Below are positions 56,452-64,000 of a DNA stretch of 64,000 bases, one piece after another. Position 1 is the stretch's first letter. Each line of letters begins with the position of its first letter. The notes beneath the pieces are model-generated. The model did no database searches and was not told the origin of the DNA. It was given only the letters and a program-made list of their open reading frames with translations. The stretch is from positions 1 through 64,000 of the forward strand of contig JAYOYH010000007.1 in assembly GCA_038153405.1 (NCBI GenBank), in the 5' to 3' direction. The translations under genes and the position numbers were made by a program. Origin of the DNA: Gemmatimonadota bacterium. GTDB lineage: Bacteria > Latescibacterota > UBA2968 > UBA8231.

Positions 56452-57602
56452 TGAACTGGGTCGCCGCATTGCTGCTGCTGTGGTGCGCGGGCGAGTGCAT
56501 GGCGAATACCCCCCTTGCGTGGCGTCGCGAGTACAATCAGGTCGTCGCCAGCATCGATACGCTCACTCGCCTCAATGGCGATCAAGACGTTGAGGCCCTC
56601 GTGCGACAGCAGGGTAATCGGGGGGCGAACGTGCCGCTCGTGCTGCTGTTTTGGGCAGACGACGAGGCGGAAATATTCATCAACGGCTTTCGCATCGCCG
56701 AAACGCGCCTAACGCCGACGCAGGTGGAAATACCTGCTCTCTACCTGCGCGATATGAACCACATCCGCGCCCACTGCTGGGATACGGACAAGGTAGAGAG
56801 CGGGTTTATGGCGGGTTTATATGCGCGCGATGCTTCCGGCGGTCTGCGCCCGGTGCTGGTTACCAGCGAGGGGCCGTGGCGGATCGGTGAGAGACGCGCC
56901 GAAGTGCGCTTCTACTCCAACACGCAGCCCGATATCCCCGGTGCCGAGGTCATTTGGGGCGATGGGCTTTACGGCGAAGTGTGGTTGGAGGCCGAATTCA
57001 GCGCGCAGGCCATTCAGCAGGCGATGCAGCGTCCCGCGGTAGAGATGCCCGCGGCCAACCAGCAGTCGATGGAGGCACACGCCGTCCTGAGCCGCATAGT
57101 GCAGCTACAGACTCGGCAAAAAGAGCTTGAAGTGCGCTTGGGCGCTAGCGCTCAAGCGGCCGAAACGCCGCGCTATAAGGGCTATGTCAGCGGTCGTTTG
57201 GGGTTTAGTTTGGGGCGGGCGGGCAGGCTGGCCGAGCGGGAAAATCGCCTGCAGGCCGAAGCGCTGTACCAATGGGCGCAGGCGCTACCTGCCCAAGAGC
57301 GCGCGCTCGTTTTTCGCCCGCCGCGCCAGTTAAAAGGGGCCGAAGCCGCCGTGCAGCGCCAGTCGCTGGCCGCCGGCGGGAGCGAGGGACGCGCGGATCG
57401 CCGCAAAGACTACTTGCCGCCGCCGGAACGAGCACCGCAGCGCGCAGGGCAGACCGCGGCTGCCTTCGCCGTTTCCCTACCTGCTGCGGGTCGCGCTATG
57501 GCTTGGTTGAGTTGGACGGCATTGATCGGATTGCTGGGGTATGCCGCTGCGGCTGGAAGGCATTGGTGGTCCCTTTTTACAGCTGAGGATTGGAAGCGAT
57601 GA
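56451..57602 (+). CDS. Exported hypothetical protein with a C-terminal membrane anchor
   Basis: N-terminal signal peptide, beta-rich WADDEAEIFING segment, coiled coil, C-terminal TM; TGATG coupling. Confidence 0.62.
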   Translation: MNWVAALLLLWCAGECMANTPLAWRREYNQVVASIDTLTRLNGDQDVEALVRQQGNRGANVPLVLLFWADDEAEIFINGFRIAETRLTPTQVEIPALYLRDMNHIRAHCWDTDKVESGFMAGLYARDASGGLRPVLVTSEGPWRIGERRAEVRFYSNTQPDIPGAEVIWGDGLYGEVWLEAEFSAQAIQQAMQRPAVEMPAANQQSMEAHAVLSRIVQLQTRQKELEVRLGASAQAAETPRYKGYVSGRLGFSLGRAGRLAERENRLQAEALYQWAQALPAQERALVFRPPRQLKGAEAAVQRQSLAAGGSEGRADRRKDYLPPPERAPQRAGQTAAAFAVSLPAAGRAMAWLSWTALIGLLGYAAAAGRHWWSLFTAEDWKR

Positions 57603-58366
57603 ACGCATTGCTCATCGTAGTTGGTATTGCCCTTGTCGCCGCTGGCGGGATTAGCGGCAGCTTGCTGCAGCTAATGCGCGCGCGCCGGTTACATCTGCGC
57701 GATCGCGAGCACGGCGTAGCGGTAGAACCCCTACGCCACGTGGCCGGTGCCATAGGAGCGGTGGCCGGGGTAATCGTCGGTGCGTTAGTCGCCTATTACC
57801 TATCGCTTAACCAGCGCGCCGATCTGATCGCCTGGGTCGGACGCTGCTCATATGTACTCATCGCCTGGTCGGCCAGCGGCCACCTGATTACGCTGGCGCA
57901 TATGGGATTGCATCTGGTGCGGGAGGAACGAGCCCTGCGCAAATTAGGATCGGACCCATCGCTGACCGCGCGTCGGTTGCACCTGCTGCAGGAAGAGCGC
58001 AGGACGCACCGCCACTACATCGATTTCAAGACGCGCGATGAAGAGGTAATGGATGGGTTGATCGGATTCTTTGCCGAACCGCTGCTCAACGCACGGCGGG
58101 ATATGGCCCGCCTGCCCCTCTACGGCTATCTGGGCACGGTGTGCGGCATTTTACTCATGGCGCAGGAGTTGGGCCAGATCGACGAGGCTTCCCAGACGTT
58201 TAAGGTGCTATCCTCTATGGCCGAGGGATTGGCCTTGGCTTTTAAGACGACGCTGGTCGCTCTGGTTTCTTACCTACCGCTGCGCAAGGCCGTCGACTAC
58301 ATGTTGCAGCGCGTTGCCGTTGTCGAGGGAGCCTGGCGGCGCATGCGCGAGGATGCGAACGCATGA
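57599..58366 (+). CDS. MotA/TolQ/ExbB proton channel family protein
   Basis: LPLYGYLGTVCGI and GLALAFKTTLVAL helices; three extra N-terminal TMs. Confidence 0.75.
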   Translation: MNALLIVVGIALVAAGGISGSLLQLMRARRLHLRDREHGVAVEPLRHVAGAIGAVAGVIVGALVAYYLSLNQRADLIAWVGRCSYVLIAWSASGHLITLAHMGLHLVREERALRKLGSDPSLTARRLHLLQEERRTHRHYIDFKTRDEEVMDGLIGFFAEPLLNARRDMARLPLYGYLGTVCGILLMAQELGQIDEASQTFKVLSSMAEGLALAFKTTLVALVSYLPLRKAVDYMLQRVAVVEGAWRRMREDANA

Positions 58367-58782
58367 GCCGTTTACTGCGGCGTTGGGAAGAGGAGGTCGA
58401 AGAGCACGATATTAGCAAAGAGCTCTTTCTCGGCATTATGATGCTCATGCTCTGTTTGGGTATTATGATTCTCAACGCGACGCAGCCGGTCTGGCGCGTC
58501 CACCGACACGATCCGCAGCCCGATGATATTGTCGTACTCTACACGCGCGATGGGCTTGGTCTTTCGCAGGACGGCTACACGATTGTCCAGCCGCTGGCCG
58601 AGGCTAGCTTTCGCAAACTGGTGCAGGGAATGGTCAGCGATCCCGAAGCGGATTTGCATCTCTTCTTAAAGGGAGGCAGCCGCGACCAATTGGTGCGCCA
58701 TGCATCGTTTGCCGATTCGCTGCTGTCGACGGATCAGGCGGGCAACAAAGTGCGCACCGCCGTATACGTCCATACGTGGTAG
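58363..58782 (+). CDS. ExbD/MotB-like single-TM partner protein (divergent)
   Basis: Acidic N-terminus, one TM (DISKELFLGIMMLMLCLGIMIL), small soluble domain; ATGA coupled to the ExbB-like gene. Confidence 0.55.
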   Translation: MSRLLRRWEEEVEEHDISKELFLGIMMLMLCLGIMILNATQPVWRVHRHDPQPDDIVVLYTRDGLGLSQDGYTIVQPLAEASFRKLVQGMVSDPEADLHLFLKGGSRDQLVRHASFADSLLSTDQAGNKVRTAVYVHTW

Positions 58783-58784
58783 AA

Positions 58785-58828
58785 CAAAAAAGGGGCTGGA
58801 GGCCGCTCGGCTCCAACCCCTTTTTTTG
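58785..58828. terminator. Bidirectional intrinsic terminator
   Basis: AAAAAAGGGG-cTGGAgGCCG-ct-CGGCTCCAa-CCCCTTTTTTT between convergent genes. Confidence 0.8.
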
Positions 58829-58843
58829 CGGTTGATCTATGCG

Positions 58844-59662
58844 CTAATTCCCAATTACAGCGAGGACGTCAGTGCCCGCGACCATTTCGTTTAAAAAGGT
58901 GATGGTCGTTTGCCCATCGGCCGTTTTGAGTTTGTAATCATCGCCTTTTTTCAACGTGCCATAGCGGTCGGCCAGAGCGTTTACCTTGCCCGCCACGACG
59001 ACTTCAGTGCCGACGGGTACTAACTGCACGCCGGGGTCTTCAGGGTCGACCTTCTTGACTAGCTTATACTGCTTGCGGAAGGCGCTGCCAAAAGGGCGGC
59101 TGGTATCGAGGTAGCCGTTTTCCTGCAGAAATTGCTCGCTTGCCACATATAGGCGTACCGAAGTTTGCGCAGCCTTGAGCGTCGAGACTTGGTCTTGGGT
59201 TTTGGCCAGGTCCATTTCCAACTGGCGAATGTGGTCGCTCTGGCGGCGGATGGAGGTGTGGGCTTCCAAGAGCACCGTATTGAGGCTGTCGGCTTGTCCG
59301 CGCAGGCTGGCAATGGTGCGGCTATCGGCCTGCTTATCCTCTTTAAGACGGCGGATTTCGGCCTGCAGTCGGTCGTTCTGCTGTCGGCGCTGCTCGGCCA
59401 AATTGCGGAACTCGCGCAGCGATTTATTGAGGCCCTGCACGTCGCTGATGAGCTTCTCGTTGACGTGCTGTGCGCTATCGGCTTTGGCGCGCATGGCGTC
59501 GAGCAGCAGGTTGGAGTCGTCGAGCGTATAGGTTAGCGAATCAATGGCCGAGTTGGCCGAGTTGAGGTCGGTCTGCAGCTGGGCCAGCATCTGCTCCTGC
59601 TCTTCGTTGGCGCAGGCCGTCAACGAAACTGCAGTGCAGACAAGGGCGATATAGCGTAGCAT
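58844..59662 (-). CDS. Coiled-coil lipoprotein
   Basis: Lipobox SLTAC, long heptad region, beta-rich C-terminal domain; AAGGAG RBS. Confidence 0.75.
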   Translation of the reverse strand: MLRYIALVCTAVSLTACANEEQEQMLAQLQTDLNSANSAIDSLTYTLDDSNLLLDAMRAKADSAQHVNEKLISDVQGLNKSLREFRNLAEQRRQQNDRLQAEIRRLKEDKQADSRTIASLRGQADSLNTVLLEAHTSIRRQSDHIRQLEMDLAKTQDQVSTLKAAQTSVRLYVASEQFLQENGYLDTSRPFGSAFRKQYKLVKKVDPEDPGVQLVPVGTEVVVAGKVNALADRYGTLKKGDDYKLKTADGQTTITFLNEMVAGTDVLAVIGN

Positions 59663-59679
59663 GAGAGCTCCTTTGTGCG

Positions 59680-60456
59680 TTATTTAAACTCTTTTGTGTA
59701 CAGGCTATCGACTTCGGCCATGGTCTTGTTCAAGTCGTCGTAGAGCGAGGCTTGGTTGCGCGCCAATGCGTCGATCTTCTGCGCTGTCAAATCCTGTATC
59801 TCGCGGGTGGTGTTGACCTTTCCAAGCAGCGTATTCTGCCTTGAGTCGAGGGATGCCGTCGTCGTATTGAGCTTGGCCAAGTCGCTCTGCACCGCACTGA
59901 GTTGCTGTTGCATGGTTTGCTGCCAGCGGCGCTGTGCTTCAGTAAATTCGCGATAGCGCGCATCTTCCTGAACAAAGCGATCTTCGAGCGTTTTATTGGT
60001 CTGCTGCTGGTAGGCCAGCCTAGCGCGTCGTTCGGCTTCGAGCTTAGATTCGAGAGCGTCAGTGGCCTCGCTTTGGTCGGCCAACGCTTGGCGCGTCCGC
60101 TCGTGGTTGCTGCGTTCGTTTTGTAGGTCGCGCCGCACTTCGAATTCCGACTGAGTCAGATTGGCTTTTTCCTCCAATTGGGCGGCGAGCCGTACGCTGA
60201 GGGCATTGAGTCGCGACGAAAACTCATTCATCTGTTCGTTGAGCTCTTGGCGATGCTCTTTTTGGCGTTCGTGATTGGTGTAGAGCACCAGGCCCATAAC
60301 GCTGCCGGCCACCAGCGTGGCATAGGCGCCGAGTAGGAAGATATGTTTGCGTTCAAACATATCGACGACGCGCAGCAGGCCGATTATACCGCCCCAAATC
60401 AGAACAATGCCGCCCGCGATTGCGGCGATGATTACGTTCAACGGGCTAATCCTCAC
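59680..60456 (-). CDS. Membrane-anchored coiled-coil protein
   Basis: Two N-terminal TMs followed by a Q/E/R-rich coiled coil. Start estimated at GTG 60456. Confidence 0.68.
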   Translation of the reverse strand: MRISPLNVIIAAIAGGIVLIWGGIIGLLRVVDMFERKHIFLLGAYATLVAGSVMGLVLYTNHERQKEHRQELNEQMNEFSSRLNALSVRLAAQLEEKANLTQSEFEVRRDLQNERSNHERTRQALADQSEATDALESKLEAERRARLAYQQQTNKTLEDRFVQEDARYREFTEAQRRWQQTMQQQLSAVQSDLAKLNTTTASLDSRQNTLLGKVNTTREIQDLTAQKIDALARNQASLYDDLNKTMAEVDSLYTKEFK

Positions 60457-60634
60457 TTGCCATGTGTAAGGGGATACAAAAGAAAAAATAACATGCTCTA
60501 CAGTGCGGCGCAAACGCCAATGTGTAGCGGTCGCCATTCGCCGTGCCGTTGCAAAAAGGGCGATTGCCCGTAATGTTTAATGAAGTGATTTAAAGGAAAT
60601 TTTTTTGAGCGAACGGTTAACGGGGGAGCGGGCT

Positions 60635-62290
60635 TTGCCGCGTAAAAAAGTCTCATATGGATTTGGGCATATGCTGTGGACCATCGCACTGTCGGGCACT
60701 GTGGCGACTGTGCTCAGTGCACAGCAGGTCCATTTCGTCGACGTGACGCGGGCCGTCGGCATTGAATTTACCCATTACAATGGCGTTAGCGAAGAAAAGC
60801 GCCTGCCCGAGACGGACGGTTCCGGTGGGGCTTTTCTCGACTACGATAACGACGGCGACCTCGATCTCTACCTGGTCAACAGCGGCGATCTCATAGAGGG
60901 ACGCGGACCGTGGCACAATGCGCTCTACCGCAACGATGGGTCACTTTTTGCCGACGTTACCCAAGCTACAAACACGGCCGGTGAGCGCTATGGCATGGGG
61001 GTGGTTGCCGCCGACTACGACAACGACGGCGACGCCGATATGTATCTGACCAACTGGGGTGAGGATGCGCTCTACCGCAACGATGGGGGGTCTTTTACCA
61101 ATGCGACGGGTGCGGCGGGTATTTCCAATGAGGCGTGGGGCAGCAGTGCGGCTTTTTTCGATTACGATAACGACGGCGACCTCGATCTATTTGTCGTCAA
61201 CTACGTCGACTTTAGCCTTCAGACGCACAAGTGGTGTGGGCACGAGGCGCTGGGGCTGCGCTTTTACTGCGATCCACGTCAGCACAACCCCACTGTCGAT
61301 CTGCTTTTTCGCAACAACGGCGATGGGACCTTTAGCGATATTGGACAGCAGGCAGGCATTGTCGAAAAGGGCAACGGCTTGGGATTGGCGTGCTGGGACT
61401 ACGACAACGACGGCGATCAGGATGTCTACGTAGCCAATGATATGGAGGCCAATTTCCTATACGAAAACCAGGGGAACGGCCAGTTTTTGGAAGCCGGTTT
61501 GCTCTCGGGCACGGCGCTGAGCGCCGACGGCGCGGCGCAGGCGGGCATGGGCGTGGATACGGGTGACTTTGACGGCGACGGCGATCTCGATCTATTTGTG
61601 ACCAACTACCAATTGGAAAACAACGCGCTCTACCGCAACGACGGTCTGATGTTTAGCGACGTTAGCTTCCGCACGGGATTGGGAGAAATCAGCCTGAACT
61701 ACTTGGGGTTTGGCGCTCTATTTACGGATTTCGATAACGACGGGTGGTTGGATCTATTTGTAGCCAATGGACACGTGCACGACAATATCGAGGCATACGA
61801 TAAGCTGGTTACCTATGCGCAGAAAGCGCAGCTTTTCCGCAACGAAATGGGTTCCTTTCGCGAGTTGACGGTCGATGCTGGACCGGCCTTTCAGGCAGAA
61901 TACGTCGGACGCGGCACGGCGCAGGGCGACTACGATAGCGATGGAGATATGGATCTACTGTTGACCAATTCGGGCGGCGCAGCCGCGCTGCTGCGCAACG
62001 AGGGGGGCAACGCCGGAAATTGGCTGCAGGTCGATCTACGGGGAACGCTAAGCAACCGCGACGGGATAGGCGCGATTGTGCGCCTAGAGGCGGGGGGCAT
62101 GCAGCGCATGCAGCAGGTCAAAGCCGGATCGGGCTATCAGTCGAGCAGCCAGAAGGCGCTCTTTTTCGGATTGGGCCGCATCGAGCGCGTTGAACGTATT
62201 GGCATCGAGTGGCCTTCCGGGGTCAGGCAATACATACGCGATATCGCGGCAAATCAGGCGATATACATCGTCGAAGAGACGGCTCCCTAA
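60635..62290 (+). CDS. CRTAC1 family protein (FG-GAP/VCBS repeats plus ASPIC/UnbV)
   Basis: Multiple DYDNDGDLD repeats, LYRN.G..F.DV, C-terminal SNRDGIGA...GSGYQS...FGLG...WPSG; GGGGGA RBS before TTG 60635. Confidence 0.92.
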   Translation: MPRKKVSYGFGHMLWTIALSGTVATVLSAQQVHFVDVTRAVGIEFTHYNGVSEEKRLPETDGSGGAFLDYDNDGDLDLYLVNSGDLIEGRGPWHNALYRNDGSLFADVTQATNTAGERYGMGVVAADYDNDGDADMYLTNWGEDALYRNDGGSFTNATGAAGISNEAWGSSAAFFDYDNDGDLDLFVVNYVDFSLQTHKWCGHEALGLRFYCDPRQHNPTVDLLFRNNGDGTFSDIGQQAGIVEKGNGLGLACWDYDNDGDQDVYVANDMEANFLYENQGNGQFLEAGLLSGTALSADGAAQAGMGVDTGDFDGDGDLDLFVTNYQLENNALYRNDGLMFSDVSFRTGLGEISLNYLGFGALFTDFDNDGWLDLFVANGHVHDNIEAYDKLVTYAQKAQLFRNEMGSFRELTVDAGPAFQAEYVGRGTAQGDYDSDGDMDLLLTNSGGAAALLRNEGGNAGNWLQVDLRGTLSNRDGIGAIVRLEAGGMQRMQQVKAGSGYQSSSQKALFFGLGRIERVERIGIEWPSGVRQYIRDIAANQAIYIVEETAP

Positions 62291-62311
62291 TGGGAAGGTC
62301 CGGTCTTGCCG

Positions 62312-63628
62312 CTATTTCTGCCCGTTGAGCTGGGCCAGCCGCTGCTGTATTTGTTCGTGCAGCGGATGGCCCGGTCCCGCGCGCTCGAGGCTTTTTTGCC
62401 ACGCTTGCCGAGCGCGCACAGGGCGGCCCGCATTGAATTCACTCAGTCCGTAGGCGTACCATCCGCGCGGGTCGTCAGGCGCTAGGTGCTGCACGCGTTC
62501 GTAATAAGCGCGCGCCTCCTGGCCGCGCTTAAGCAGCTCGAGTGCCACGCCGGCGTTGAGCAGCGTGGGGATGTGCTGTGGCTGTGTGCGCAGGGCCGCT
62601 TTAAACAGGCGGAGAGCGGATAGGGGGCGTTTGTAGCGCAGCATAAGGGCGCCCATTCTTCTGTGTTGTTCGACCTCTGCACCGGGCAGTTCGCTGGCCA
62701 GATCAAACAGGTTTTCCGCTTCGTCTAAGAAACCGTGCTGGGCGAAAAAAGCGCCCAAGCGCTCGTGGTACAGGGGGGATTCCGGGGCGTTGAGTATGGA
62801 TGCACGCAGCTTTTTCATTTGCTTTGGCACGTCTGGATCGCCGGCGCCGATACGCTGTAACCGCTGGAACTTTTGCATGCTCAGTCGAGCTAGGTCGGCC
62901 CGGCCAGCGCGGCGCGCTAGCTGGGCTAAGCGGTAAAAGCCTTCGGCAAAGCCGCTGTCCAATTGAGTGGATTCAGCGAAGGCGACTAGCGCGTCGTCGT
63001 CGTTGCCTGCTCCTTCGTAGGCGCGTCCCAGATAGTAGTGCAGCGTGGAGGCATTGGGGAAGAGGCGGATGGCCTCATTGAATTGCGCAGCGGCCTCGGC
63101 AAAGCGCTCGGTTCCCAGGTATACTTCTCCCAGGCGCCGGTGGACTTCCGGTTGGTTTGGGGCATGGGTCAGCGCTTGCAATAAGTAGTGCTCGGCCGAT
63201 TCGTACTGGCCGAGTTTGGTGTAAATCCCGCCCAGATTGAGATAGGTTAGGGCAAAATCAGGTCGCAGCCCGCGTATGCGTTCCAATGCGGCAATGGCAA
63301 GCGCATAGCGCCCTTCAGAGGCGTGCGCTGTAGCCATGATATTGAGAAGGTCAACGGAGGTCGAATCGATCGCCAACCCCGCTTGGCAAGCGCTTACCGC
63401 TTCGAGATACTGCCCGTTGACCATGTGCTCCTGCGCGCGCTGCAGGTGGTTTATAGAGGATTGACTTGGGGGCAGGGGGACCGGGGCGGTTTGCTCCGTC
63501 TGCTGGGGGGCGTCGTCGCAGGAGCAGTAGGCGATGGCCAGCAGTAGGAAGATGGTCCACTGCAGAGGCGTACGGGTCCGTTGGGGTGGTCGGCGCAATA
63601 GGGCGTGCAGTGCGTTGGCGTTGGGCAA
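62312..63628 (-). CDS. TPR-repeat (lipo)protein
   Basis: Hydrophobic segment ending AYCSC, then many TPRs (YLNLGGIY, HRRLGEVY, YYLGRAY). Start uncertain. Confidence 0.8.
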   Translation of the reverse strand: MPNANALHALLRRPPQRTRTPLQWTIFLLLAIAYCSCDDAPQQTEQTAPVPLPPSQSSINHLQRAQEHMVNGQYLEAVSACQAGLAIDSTSVDLLNIMATAHASEGRYALAIAALERIRGLRPDFALTYLNLGGIYTKLGQYESAEHYLLQALTHAPNQPEVHRRLGEVYLGTERFAEAAAQFNEAIRLFPNASTLHYYLGRAYEGAGNDDDALVAFAESTQLDSGFAEGFYRLAQLARRAGRADLARLSMQKFQRLQRIGAGDPDVPKQMKKLRASILNAPESPLYHERLGAFFAQHGFLDEAENLFDLASELPGAEVEQHRRMGALMLRYKRPLSALRLFKAALRTQPQHIPTLLNAGVALELLKRGQEARAYYERVQHLAPDDPRGWYAYGLSEFNAGRPVRARQAWQKSLERAGPGHPLHEQIQQRLAQLNGQK

Positions 63629-63759
63629 AAGAAGAAAACCGTGGTTCTTTTATCGTAGACGGAATGCGTACGGAGTCGGATCAGCCAAGCAATATAAGCT
63701 ATTTTGGAGTGTATATTGAACTGCAAGGGTAGAAAAGTGCGTGGAGAATCAACTTTCTC

Positions 63760-64000
63760 ATGAGCGCAAAACAAAGAAAACTTGAACAGCACCAGCGCGA
63801 TCAGCGCCAGCGTCGGCGGTGGATGGCCATCGGCTTACTCGCGGCGATTGGCCTGGGAGCCGGCTACTGGCAGTGGCAGCGCACCGTCGATGAGCGCGAG
63901 GCTGCCGAGGCGTTGCGCCGCGGAGATCAGCTTATGGCGCAGGGAAGTGTGCTACAAGCCATTGCCGTCTACCGACGGGCTGTGGAAAGGGCACCCGAAC
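63760..64000 (+). CDS. Membrane-anchored TPR protein, truncated by the window end
   Basis: Not in the ORF track. ATG 63760 after GGAG reads MSAKQRK...WMAIGLLAAIGLGAGYWQW...GDQLMAQG..AIAVYRRAVERAPE and is open to the edge. Confidence 0.7.
   Translation, partial: MSAKQRKLEQHQRDQRQRRRWMAIGLLAAIGLGAGYWQWQRTVDEREAAEALRRGDQLMAQGSVLQAIAVYRRAVERAPE

Noticed and set aside
57599..58782. Zorya (ZorAB) anti-phage system
   Set aside because: There is no long ZorA tail, no OmpA-like domain in the partner, and no ZorC/D/E helicase or nuclease nearby.
60830..61960. Recurring gactacgacaacgacggcga-like DNA repeats as a possible CRISPR array
   Set aside because: They are degenerate and irregularly spaced, and they encode the DYDNDGD FG-GAP motifs of the CRTAC1 ORF. 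No cas genes are present.

Overview
This is a 64 kb bacterial chromosomal window. An FCB-superphylum origin (Latescibacterota-like) is my inference from a Bacteroidota-type short sigma-70 plus CRTAC1, PhyH and sulfatase genes. Positions 1-14.1 kb form a + strand, tightly coupled surface-glycan cluster with a mosaic low-GC core. It encodes a NeuB-family synthase, SpsF/SpsG-like enzymes, a PIG-L deacetylase, an epimerase, a nucleotide-sugar dehydrogenase, four SAM methyltransferases, a PhyH dioxygenase, a FemAB-like protein, a beta-propeller protein and a GT4. The most striking feature is at 14.1-33.1 kb: a tandem array of NINE full-length paralogous TMTC-like proteins (GT-C membrane domain with a DD motif plus C-terminal TPRs), interrupted once by an AsnB-type amidotransferase. 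This is a candidate multi-enzyme bacterial protein O-glycosylation system. Next come lepA-lepB-hemW-SLBB/Wza-like-Wzz-like, a FlgM-like small ORF, tRNA-Tyr and a sigma factor. The rest holds metabolic genes (mdh, alr, argG, sulfatase and others), an orphan TPR/MotA-ExbB/ExbD-like operon, coiled-coil proteins, a CRTAC1 protein and TPR proteins. I saw no CRISPR array, transposase or integrase. All calls come from motifs read by eye; no database searches were run, and several start codons were adjusted from the ORF track using RBS or overlap evidence.
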